64,000 bases of DNA from the human T2T-CHM13v2.0 reference genome, Homo sapiens. Both the position numbers and the translations under genes were made by a program. The notes beneath the pieces were generated by a model, which made no database searches, was not told the origin of the DNA, and saw only the letters and a program-made list of their open reading frames with translations. The stretch lies in NCBI RefSeq assembly GCF_009914755.1, contig NC_060929.1; one strand, written 5' to 3'. Positions 27,004 to 39,280 of this stretch are shown piece after piece (the first letter of the stretch is position 1; each line of letters opens with the position of its first letter).

Positions 27004-28607
27004 AACAATCATCATCATCATCTCACATGATCATAACACCAGTAATGACCATTAATGACATTCTTATAGTTTTACTACATTTATATCTATAATCATTATA
27101 ATGTAAAATTTTGAGTCATATCATGTATTGCTTTTCATATTTAGCAATCTTATGAATTCCTTTATTTACTTTCAAATAATCTTCCCAAGTACTGGGAGTG
27201 ACTGCATAATTTTCCACTGTATGAAGATACGCCAATTGTTGGGCATTTCTCTATTTTTTGGCATTTAGTTTGTTTCCAATTTATGTATTTCGTTATTATA
27301 GCCAATACTGTTGTAATCATCCCAGTCACTGATTTATAGTGGATATACTGGAAATAAAATCCTAGAAATGAAATTATAATGTTTTAGGTCATATAAATTT
27401 TTATTTTGATCTGCATTAAGAAATTGCCCTCTGAACACTCTTGTCACGATCTTTTCCAACCAGCAGTACGTGACTGAGGCATCTCCCCACTCTCTAAGTA
27501 CTCGTTGTTAGCTTTAACATAATTGAAATATATAAGGCAACACATTTTACTTACAATTTTAAATTTAAAAAAATCATTCCTGTTGCTTAGCTACTCCAAG
27601 TCACATTTTTATCAAATACATGAAGCTACTTCCCTTCTCTAGCTGTGAACTTGCTATACAGATGTTAATTACCCAACATCACCCTTTCAATCCTCTTAAT
27701 GAAAGGTTTTCAGTATAATAATGTTTCTCTGCCAACCAAGTCACTGATTACTACATTCCAGCTCTTCATTTAGAACTGATGAATTTTAGATTTCCTGAAA
27801 CTGTCTACCTTCTGTCTAGACTAAAATAGTAAAACTTACTCTTCCACGTGTTTAATCAAGATTTAGGCATCTTCAAGTCACATTCTGTTTTGTTTTTACA
27901 AATGTCCTCTATAATATTGTTTATGAAAAATAACTACTATATTTTTCCCTCACTCCTGGTCTCCTCTCTATCCTTGGAATCTACAACTTATCACCATGGA
28001 ATATTCCATGTTCCACAATTGAGAGATCCTATTTCTCCCTTCCATGCTGGGGAAATGCCTTAAATCCTGATTTCTTTTATTTTAATGCCTTGAAAATGAA
28101 AAGCCACATGATGCTCCATTTGGTCTCTAACACTGAGTAGAAAATTCACTTCTGAAAGCTCTCTAAGTGGCCAACCTCACCCTGGGGACGTATAATTGCC
28201 CACTTGGACACAGAGCATGCAAGCACAGCCCTGGGAGGAAGACTTTAGTTCTGGCTTTAGTTCTGTGATCTCATTCACTTTTTATTGGGCCTCAGTTTCC
28301 TCATCTGCAAATGAGGAAATTGGGTTATATTTTCTATAAGACCTCTTTAATCTCCATGGTGTTCTCCAAAAGTTCCTTAATTACCAATAAAAAGTGAACT
28401 TACAGACATCAAGTGTTTTTCAACTTATCACCTGCAAATGGCTGGAGGGTTGCAGCAAAATTTAAAAGAATCCTCAAATCCATGTGCACATATATATTTT
28501 CTTGGTCCACAAATTAAAAGATACTATGATTATTACTATTATCATGCAGGAGATCTGCAAAATTAATTGGTATTTAAAAGGAGTACTCTTCTTACTAAAA
28601 AATTTAA

Positions 28608-29043
<436 letters not shown>

Positions 29044-29089
29044 TTATCTATTCTGATACTTAATTATACACAACTGAGAGCTTTTCTCC

Positions 29090-29640
29090 CTGGGTGGCAA
29101 GCTCAATTGCCTTCAGGGCCAAACTGGTAACATGAATGAGTGAAGCACACTGGCTGTTATTCTTTCAAAATTGGCACATGCTTTATACTTAGAAGCAGGA
29201 ATGATCTTCACTTTCACAACGAATTATGCCTTCTCCCATCTTTGTCACACATTTAACACCCTAGGCATATCTTTTGTTATCCTCTCTTTTTTATGTAGTT
29301 ATTCACAAGAGAAACAACATCCTTCAACCACTAGCAAACAAGGTACAAATATAATGATCAATGGTGACTACCACATGTTGGTCTTAGTGTCAGAAAAAAA
29401 GAGAGGTAGTGGTGGGAGCCACAGTGAGTAGACGGGACTCACCCTGTAGGGAGGGGAGACTCAGCCCCCAGTGACTCTGGCCCAGCTGGCATAAAAGCCT
29501 ATTGCTATAACATTTTCTGCCTTTTTTTTTTTTTAAGAAAAAGAAACTTCACATGTTTAGGTGGAAACTCCTGATATTTACCTGTCAGTTTTGGCTTATT
29601 TTCAATATTATGGAATCCAAATAAAATATGTTGTATGTCT
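29090..29640 (+). mobile_element. MER102-like hAT MITE in two pieces (about 29090-29155 and 29400-29640)
   Basis: GGGTGGCAAGCTCAATTGCCTTCAGGGCCA..GGTAACATGAATGAGTGAAGC resembles the recalled MER102 5' end. Confidence 0.45.
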
Positions 29641-30569
29641 TCGTTAATCCGTTTCAGAATGACCCTTGAGATTCCTTCAATGAGAAAAAATTATCTGATT
29701 GAGACAGGGGTCTCGTTTTTAGAATAAAAAATAGGGTGAATTGGGGCAGAGAAGGAAGAGTGTGAAGAAAAATAATTGATGAATATGTTGGTTAATTGGA
29801 CTGTGGTGATCATTATGCTATGCATACATGTATCAAATCATGTTATACACCTTGAATATATACAATTTTTACTGGTCAGTTATATACCCCAATAAAGCTT
29901 GTTGAAAAAGAAAAAAGTTTTAAATTGTTAAAGAGTCCCAAGCATATCATGGTCATGAGCCAACTCACTCACTGAGGAAAACCTCTTTCTTCTCAATAAT
30001 AATAGATCATAACAAGCACTAAGATATCCTAAGAACTAAATCCCAGATACTGGGCTAGGGCTTTATATGGTTAATTTTACTTCACCTCAAGGTCACACAG
30101 CTTGAGCCTGACCCAGGACTCAACCCTAGACTTCTATGCTACCTTCCCGTGAAGCCACCTGCCAGAAGACGGGAACAGAAAGGGGGGACTTACGGGTTTG
30201 CAGCAGCCCCAGTGAAGAGCTGTGGGCCTCGAATGCCCTTGAAGGTAGGTTCCCTTCTATATTAAAAGATCATTTGGTCAGTTCATTTTTAGAAGAGGAC
30301 ATTGCCCCCAGGTTTACATTTTTGTAGGCTTCAATGGAGCAAGTTAGTCCATATAAAAATAAAAAACAAATGAGCAATCATAACATAATCATACCTAAAG
30401 AATAGATTCCTCCACTCTAAGTCACTGTCTTCATCCAGACCAGGAGTGTAAAGCAAAAAAGAGAGGGCTGTGCTGGTTGCCTGAGAAGAGGAGCCTGTCA
30501 GCTGTGCTAATGAGTGGCTGTCTAGGGGCAGGCCATCAGTTCAGGAGTACAAGTGAGGAAGAAAGGCTC

Positions 30570-30975
30570 GTGACAGTGTTGCAGCAGAGACTGCCTCAGT
30601 GTTCACCTTCCCATTTCCTCTTTCTGGTCACACAAGAAAACTTCCCAGCATCCCTTGCTCTGTAAAGTTACACAGTTAAGGCTAGGATGATACTTCCCAA
30701 TCTGGCCCCTAAAATCTCCTAGAAGACTCTCAGCTCATACTTTGATAGCTTTTCAGCAGAATGGGAAGTGAGGGACTCTAACACTGCAAAAGCCACATGA
30801 TGAAGGAGTTTGGATTCCTGAGCTACCACTGGAAGGAGAGTTATTTCTTGGAGAGGAGCCATCCCACTAGAGATGCTGACCCAGACTGTGCTATCGTGTG
30901 AATGAGAAATAAAATTTGATATTAGCCACTAAGATTTGGCAGCTGTGTGTTAAAAGTAGCTAGCAAGCACATCCT
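30570..30975 (+). mobile_element. Old MaLR LTR (MLT1J-like)
   Basis: CTTCCCAGCATCCCTTGC..TGGATTCCTGAG..CACTGGAAGGAGAG..TGAATGAGAAATAAA..AGCCACTAAGATTT. Confidence 0.55.
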
Positions 30976-32289
30976 AATAGAGTTCCCGGGAAAACTACAG
31001 CGGTTTCACCCATGCTTATGCAAAGATCCAGTTTGCAAAATCATTTCTGCTCTGCAAAGAGCTTACTATTAAGAAGGTCTCTTTGTGGAGGTGGCTCCAC
31101 AAAGCATGCTGAAAATCCCTTATATGTATGAAGAGTCAAGTCATCTACTGAAATTCCAGACAAATCTTCCTGACCATATCCAAGAACACAGAGTACGTGC
31201 AAGTTTCCAGGATTCTGGTGATATCAATGAATGTGCTGTGGGCTCAAACTTTTTAGAGAGGAAAACTGAGCTGGATATATCATGTCATTAGATGAGAGAT
31301 TTAGTCAGTGGCCAAAGCTGGATGAGTGTAAGTAAGAGCTGCATGAATGTTGCAGAAACTCTGGCAAAGAGGAAAATTTGTACATTCAGGATTTGTGTTG
31401 CAGATGCTACACAAACCCAAAAGGAACTAAAGGGCAAAAAGCATATGAGTCTCTTAACTAATTGCATAAAACTATTTGATCAAGGTAGTGCTTTAAAATT
31501 TTATGTGATCAGAATTGTTTTTGTTTTTGCAAAGAAAGATCAGGTAATTTCCAGTGATAATTCTAAAATGTATGGTTTTTGCTTTGCAAATCGATAGAGG
31601 AAGAAGCAATAATCCATTATACAAAAACTCTCTGGAAGTGGGAGAGAAAGTAAGACCAAACGGCAAGCAATTCTTTCCAAATGAGTTTTGGTTCAACTCC
31701 TCCGTGGAGACCTTGCTAGCAGTATTCTTGTCATGTGGTTCCTCAGTTATGTAACCAGAAGAGAGTATCTCCAAACTAGAATCAAGTTTGGTCTAGATGC
31801 TGTGGCTGCACCAGCTCACCTCTGCAAATTGAATTTAGAAAACTCCACACTGGAACAGATCTCTACCTTGCCATAGTTGAACAGGCGGTACACATCATTT
31901 GACTTCGTTATGTGAACTGCAGTTAGGAGGTGTTAAAAAAAGAAGTCCTCTTAAAAACAGGGAAGATGAAACTACATCACCTCTATACTCCTAGATGATT
32001 TGTTGGTGAGAAGAGTTAGGGACATTTCTAAGGGAAGTCAAGAAATAAATTGTTTTCTCTACTTCTCTTTGAAAATTTTATATTCAATTTATGCATCTTG
32101 ATGTGGTCTACAATAGTGTGCTTAGCAAAGAACTTTTCTTCCTGAGCTATGGAACTTAAACTTATAAAAATGATAGTCTGCTCAGTGAGGGCAAATGATT
32201 AGCTGCCCACCTAACTCACCCATTAAAAAAAATGTTAATAAAAAATAGTAATATTAATACTAGCAAATTTGGAAAAGTGTATATGCAAA

Positions 32290-32472
32290 GGTTTAAGTAT
32301 TGGTAATTCAATTTGCATATACATATGTATGCATACATGTATGTATGAATGTATGAATATATGTATGAACTCATGTATATGCATGAATATATATATGCTT
32401 TTAAGTCTGTTTGAAAACAGAAATATGTTTATGTATGTGTATGTGTGTATGTGTGTGTATATATATATATAT
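32290..32472. repeat. Degenerate (ATGT)n/(TA)n low-complexity tract
   Basis: Visible runs of ATGT, GTAT and TA. Confidence 0.8.
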
Positions 32473-33410
32473 AATTTTGAGTTTAATTCTTTGAAAACAT
32501 AGAAATATTCTTGATGAAAATGTGTACCACTGCCCATTATTGGCTATTTAACAAATAACCTAAATTAATAATGAAGCTAAACTAATAGCAATTTATAATG
32601 AAAAACAAGTACCAAATAAACAATAAGGACTAAAACAAGTATCAAATAAAAATAAACAGTTAAGTACTACCTTGATGGTAAACTTCTGTCCCCAAACTGC
32701 AGAACTGCAGCCATCTATGTGTTTGGATGGTAGTGAGACCTCAGCTACATTGCCAGGCATTACGGGGAGAATGGGCTTCTTAGTAAAATACCAAATTGGA
32801 GTCTATAATAAGCTTTAGTCATGTACTGACTTTATGAATACTAAAATTTAATGACCCTTAATAAGTCACGTAATTGTTTCCTATTAAATAGCTCTCAGTT
32901 CATCCACAAAAATTAATGTCTATGGAATGATGTGTCTCATTCACCGCATAAAGACCTGGTCCCTTTCTCAGCCCATTAGGGGTCTGCTCAAGGCTGACAG
33001 ATGGGCTTGGGGAAGCACTTTCAGAATTGACCCTGCTGAGACCACAACCTTGACCTCTATCAACTAGGATCAAGTCTTTTAGGAAGGTAGGAGTCAAGGA
33101 GGGTCAGTCTTATTTACATTGAAGAAATAGATTAGAAGTTACAGCAGGAACATTATACTTGTAGCTCAGGAAGATTGTGTTTTCTTTTCATCCACAGTAC
33201 TAAAATATAAGACCCCAAATATTTTTCCACTGCATATTTTTCTTTAGCGGTAATCAGGAAAACAGCTCAAGAAATAATAGCTGAGTTCAGGAGTTATACT
33301 GAAAAAGCCAGTCTTAGCTTTTCTAGACTTTAGTTTCTTCATCTGTAAAATGGCTAAATAATAATAGTTTCTACCTATAGGGCTCTTACAAAGATTAAAT
33401 AGTGGAATCC

Positions 33411-33624
33411 AATGTTAGCAAACTATGGTCCATGGGCCAAACCTGGCCCATCTGTAAATAAAGTTCTATGAGAACGGAGTCATGGCCATTTGTTTACGCA
33501 TTGTCTATGCTGTTTCACCCTGTAGCAGGAGAGTTGGGTAATTGTGAGAGAGACCACATGGGCCCATAAAGCCTGAAATATTTACTATCTGGCTTTTTAC
33601 AAAAAAAAAACTCTCCCACCCCTG
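33411..33624 (+). mobile_element. MER58A hAT-Charlie MITE, flanked by MIR-like sequence
   Basis: GCAAACTATGGTCCATGGGCCAAA..TGTAAATAAAGTT..AAAGCCTGAAATATTTACTATCTGGC..ACCCCTG. Confidence 0.8.
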
Positions 33625-34869
33625 ATACAATCCACATACATTATTTTGTACAAGTCCTAGTATGTAAACACTTAGCTATTGTTTTCTATTTAGAGTTTTG
33701 TATTTTGTGACTTGCGAAAATAAATGTGTGAATTGTAAGGCAATGTAAAGCTGAACAATTGACAATGAAAACTAGATTCTGGCATCAGGTTCTCAGAATA
33801 TTTGATTTCAAGGAAAAGTTACCCAGACATATAAAATCATTAAGAACAGAGCTACTTTGACTGGAGCCATGGTGGGGGACCTGGAAAAATACTATATCAA
33901 ACATACACAATTACGTAGGTGCTCCTTAAAACCTAAAGAAATTAATTGAAAACATAAAATCTAAAGCCTGAATGCCAGAGGGCTTTTTCTTTGTATTTCA
34001 TGTAACTTTATACTCTCACCTATAAGCCACAAGAGCAAATAATGGCAATAGCATAAGGTAAGTAATTACTAATATCACACCTTTATACACTTATTATATA
34101 ACCACAAAATTTTTTTCTTAAATAATATCATTTCTTGAATAAGGGAAGTAAACAGATGGATTCTCAAGTCACTCTGTTTTCATGAAGCTTTCCCCTTACC
34201 TGATATTTTATACTGCATGCATTTCCAAAAGGAATACTTTGCAGAAAAGAAATATAGCACTTGTTTGGCAACTCTTGAGAATTGACTCAGAAGGCAACCT
34301 TGACATCTCAGGCAAGATCTTTCTTCTTTACAGCAAGATGACGACATTTCTGATCCCAAGCCAAGGTCAGTGCTAGCAGGAGATGATGCAGAAAAAGGCT
34401 GGGCATACACAGGGGCAGAAAAACAGCCCCAGGCTAGGAGGACCTGGAAAATGTAACTGAAAAACTATTCTTCAAAGCCAGTTGTGAACAGCAGCAACCC
34501 CATCCAGGAAGACTACATGGTTACACTTGGCAGGCTGTGCGGAACAGATGAGGCAGTGTGACACAGTCAAGTCACCCACAAGAACGTGGCATTTTTGTGG
34601 TGTTTGAAACATTTCAGCTAGATAAGCCTAAATTGGCTTCCTTTATAGCAAAACTACCTGCCACTCATTATATTCATGCCAATATCAGGTTCCTCATGGG
34701 GCATGCTATGACATATTTACCCCCAGACCAACTCAGGATTTAAAAGGAAGATGAGATATTTATAGGCTAGGAATTCTCTAATGGACACGCTAATGAACAA
34801 ATAAATGTGAAACCATCTCCTAAAGATCAAGGATACCAGAAAAAAAAAAAAAACTGATCCCTAGGTCAG

Positions 34870-35465
34870 TGTGATATGCCGACTTCCAAGATGGCTCCCA
34901 AGATTCCAAGCCCTGGAGTAGGCACGACTCCCAGTCATTCAAAGGAACACTAATCTACATGCTGTGTGAAGGGACTGTGCTGATGTAAGTAGGGTTCCAA
35001 AACAGTCGACCTTAAAATACGGAGATTATCAGGGTGACCATGGCCTAATCACAGAGCTCTTTGAAAGCAGAGTTTTCTCCAGCTGGGCAGAGGGACACAA
35101 GTCGGTGATGGGAAACAGAAGAGGATCTGATGTGTCACCACTGGGTTGAAGATGAAGGACGGTCACATAGCAAGAAATGCAGTTAGTCTCTAAAAGTCGA
35201 TGGTGTCACTGGTTTATCACTCAAAGAAACAGGGGCTTCAGTCCTACAGCTGCAAAGAACTGAGCTTAGAAACGGACTTCTCCCCACAGTCTCTAGAGAA
35301 CTCAGCCCGTTAATACCTTCATTTCAGTCTGTGCTGCCCTAAGCCAAGAACCCAGTCATGCTGTGCCAGATTTCTGGCCTACGGAATTGTAAGCTAATAA
35401 ACAGGTATTGTTCCAAACTTTCTAAGTTTGTGGTAGCTTATTATGCAGCAATAGAAAGCTATTAC
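34870..35465 (+). mobile_element. MLT1E-type LTR
   Basis: TCCAAGATGGCTCCCAAGATTCC..GACCTTAAAATACGGAGATTATC..TATGCAGCAATAGAAAGCTA. Confidence 0.75.
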
Positions 35466-35601
35466 CTCAGCAAATTTCCTTTATCCCCACTTCCCTGTCT
35501 TACTCACCCATTAAAAAAACATGTTAATAAAAAAATAGTAACCACTCTGTTGTGCTTTGACATGTATCCTCGCATTTGGATATGTCCTTGGAGAAAAAAA
35601 A

Positions 35602-35602
<1 letters not shown>

Positions 35603-35650
<48 letters not shown>
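35603..35650. repeat. (TAGA)12 tetranucleotide microsatellite
   Basis: 48 bp of perfect TAGA repeats. Confidence 0.98.
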
Positions 35651-35659
35651 ATGTTTTTG

Positions 35660-36610
35660 TTTGCTAATGTAGTTTATTTTATATCAATAGTATTGTGTCA
35701 TAAATACTATGCTATTTATTGTCTTATAAAAAAACTCAAATATACCTTGTTACCATCTATCCATTTGCTGTGGGCATATCTAGTGGGTTCCTTCTAACTG
35801 CTACAAAATATTCCATAGTGTGTATTTGCTGTTTTTCTTTATGCATTTTACTAAGTTGACCTTCAGTTCCTTTACCAAAATCAGCACTGTGATCATTTCC
35901 TCATAATCCTATCTAAGAATTCCTCCAGGGCATATACCCAGGAATGGGATGGTTGGGTCACAGGACATATGACCACTTAATTTGGAATGCACTCTCAGAC
36001 TTCTGTCTCAAATGGTCACACCAGGCTACTCCCCTGGCAGTGCAAGAGGTCCTGTTTTCTATATCTGCCAAGATTTGACATTACCAACTTCTGAGACTTT
36101 GTCAATCTCCCAGGTATAAAGTAACATCAAGTGCTTTTAATTTGTATTTTTCTGAATCACTGAGTTCGAGTATCACTTCATATATTTATTAAGCAATTCA
36201 GTTTCCCCTTTTGTAAACTGCCTTCTCATGTGCTTTTGTCAATTTTTCTACCAGATCTCCCATCTTCTTATTTATTTCCAGAATGTCCTCTATCTTTTAG
36301 ACACCAAACTCTTCAGGTATCTCTTACTGTTATATCTTTCTGTTAACTCAGAAATGCTTAATTTTATATAATCATATTTCTCAATGTTTTGCTATATAAT
36401 CTGTGTTTTATTTGGATCTTTATTAAGAAATATGTTCCTACCACTAAGTCACTAAAATATTATCCTACATTTTCTTTTGTTGGCTTCATACTTTTACCTT
36501 TCACGTTTCAGTCCTTAATCCACCTAGGGTCCATATTTGTATGAGACCCTCTAGTTTTATTTTTCTCCATATTATAAGCCAGTTTTTCTAACACCATCTG
36601 CTCAACAATC
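35660..36610 (-). mobile_element. Old L1ME-like fragment
   Basis: Diverged antisense L1 motifs (ATACCCAGGAATGGGATGGTTGGGTCA, TTTTAATTTGTATTT, CCAGTTTTTCTAACACCAT). Confidence 0.6.
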
Positions 36611-38393
36611 CACCCTGGGCAGAGGTAAGATGAGAAATATGTATGTGGTTGGGAAGCCAACATGATCCCACTGTACTGTGGCAGAGGGTATGATGCAGTG
36701 ACTCAGGATCTTGTTGGTGGAGAAGGGGTAAAGGGAGGGCTCTGTCGCAGTAGATTCTGCCCTGAACATCCTCTTTCGCCCCTGTGTTGCAGTTACTAAT
36801 CCTTGATTTATCTTTTCCTATTGAAAACTGGAATCCCTCTCCACTTGGGATGGGGAGTGGGAGGGAAAGGGTCATGCTGCTATTTGCCTTGTCAGCCCTG
36901 GTAACACTAGCAACGGGCATACACACCATACTGCTCTGAATGAGATCCACTCCAGCACATGGCCATCTTAAAACCTCTTTCATCACGTAATTGATACAGT
37001 TCAATGAGACAAACAGATGGCACCTTTCGTCAGGCTACTTGCATGACAATAATGGGAAAAGAACCCATTCAGAGACTCATACTCATGAGCTGTGCTCCTC
37101 CCCAAGCTGGCGTTCCTGAATGTAACATGAAGGAAGATGCTCAGGCTGCTGCAGGACTTGGCCTTAGAGACGGGGCATCCTAACCTGCCTTACTAGCAAA
37201 GCTTCATCCAGATATGACCTTTCACTGCATACTCTATTTTTTCCCTGTGTGCTTGGATTTAATTCTTAATAGTACTTTGAGTTGCTGTTTTATTATTGCA
37301 TACTTTAAACTCACTACTCTTCTTTCCATCCTTCTTCTCTTCTCACCAGCCAGGACCTTCCCTCCCCACCTTTCCAAAGCAGCACACAGCTAGCTGCCTG
37401 CTATGACTTCAACTTCAAATTCAGCCTGGAAGTTAAGAAATGATTTCCCAAGAACTGCATAGAAGGAGGATCTGACCATTGGCCTTTGTGCTGCCCCCTG
37501 CCTTCTTCAACCCCCTTGGGTCTTAATAATTAATTCCTCCTGAGGCATGTTGTTCCATGGGCCTCTCTGTTCCCCTGAACTCATTCCCTGGAAACAATTC
37601 CCCTACACATCTAAGAGCAGATTTCACTTAACTAAGCAGCTGTGGTCGGAAAGTACAAATTCTCCTTTAAAAATGGCCCTTTCCAGTCCCACTCTAATGT
37701 TGACCAGCTTTCCTCAATTCCCAAAGAATTCACCCGCTTCATACTGAGAAATCCATCTGGCCCCAGTCCTTTTCCATCTGAGGCAATCAGCCTCAGTGAC
37801 ATTCAGAGAGCCCTTTCCATAACTCTCTTGGTCTAGCCCATACCTACCTCTAACTCAATAAAATGTTAGAACCCTGAGCCCTAACATATGAAGAAAGGGA
37901 GGCCAGACAGCCCAAACTGGAAGACAGGTCAGTGGCTTTGATATAAATCAAAGCTAGGATCTCAAATTTGAAATGAGGTAGACATTTCTAGCTATGCTGT
38001 GGGCATGAGGCTCTGATGGATTAAAGAAGAAATGATGGGACAACTTTGGAGAAATAAAGGATCCATGAAGTTGGAAGACCTCAGTTAAATGGTCCAATAA
38101 GGGCTCTGGAGAGCCATTGTACCACCCAGATCCCTTCAGAAGATAGAGGGAAGAGGTGATATGAGGAGAAAAATGGCAAAAAGGAGGTAAGACAACTGGA
38201 ATATAAACTTGATCGATATCACAATTTGATATAAGACTAGCTCAATTACATGATTAGAAGTATATTCACAAGAGAAGATAGTCAGAAAATGGTCAGCCTA
38301 CCAAGAAAGCAGCCAATTGATATAAAACACAGAAGTGTCTGGGGACGAGAGGTCCTAACAACTTTAAAGCCACTTGCTAAAGAATTCTGTCTT

Positions 38394-38692
<299 letters not shown>

Positions 38693-39029
38693 TCATTTAT
38701 ATTGCTTCCACTTATATCAGTATATGTATATACTGATATAGACAGTGTCTTACTGGATATATACATAAGTTAAACATATATATTAATTTTAAAAAGAATT
38801 CTTTCTTATTTTCAGTTTCTGCAAAAGAAGCCCATACTAAAACAGTAGCATGATTTGATGCTTTTGGTTCCTGATTTAATTCCATTTTCAAAATGATCTC
38901 CTTCATGGCTATGCTACAAACAGACTCTTAATTTATGGAGAACACACACGAAAACACACACACATAGCTCCATATGATACACCAGAAGAATGGTTAAAAC
39001 AATTGAAATAACAATAGGCAAAAACAATA

Positions 39030-39280
39030 GAGAATATTTACTATGTAAGGCATATTTACTATGACATTCTTTTAAGCATGCTACAGGTATTAACTCATTG
39101 AAGCCACATCCTATGAACTGCTACAATTTATATCCCCTATTAAAGATGAGGTCAGTGAGGCATATAGAGATTGAATATCTTGTCCGAGATTATACAATGG
39201 AAAGATGACAGAACTAGAATTCCAGTCCATGCATTCTGCTTCCAGACTCCACCACTAAAACCACTCTACTATACTGTCTC
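39030..39280 (-). mobile_element. MIR SINE
   Basis: TATCCCCTATTAAAGATGAGG..TGAGGC..CTTGTCCGAGATTATACA..CTGCTTCCAGACTCC. Confidence 0.65.

Noticed and set aside
31085-31597. Two back-to-back in-frame ORFs (68 + 101 aa) suggesting a pseudogene or readthrough
   Set aside because: There is no recognisable homology or convincing splice acceptor, and the first ORF starts at GTG.
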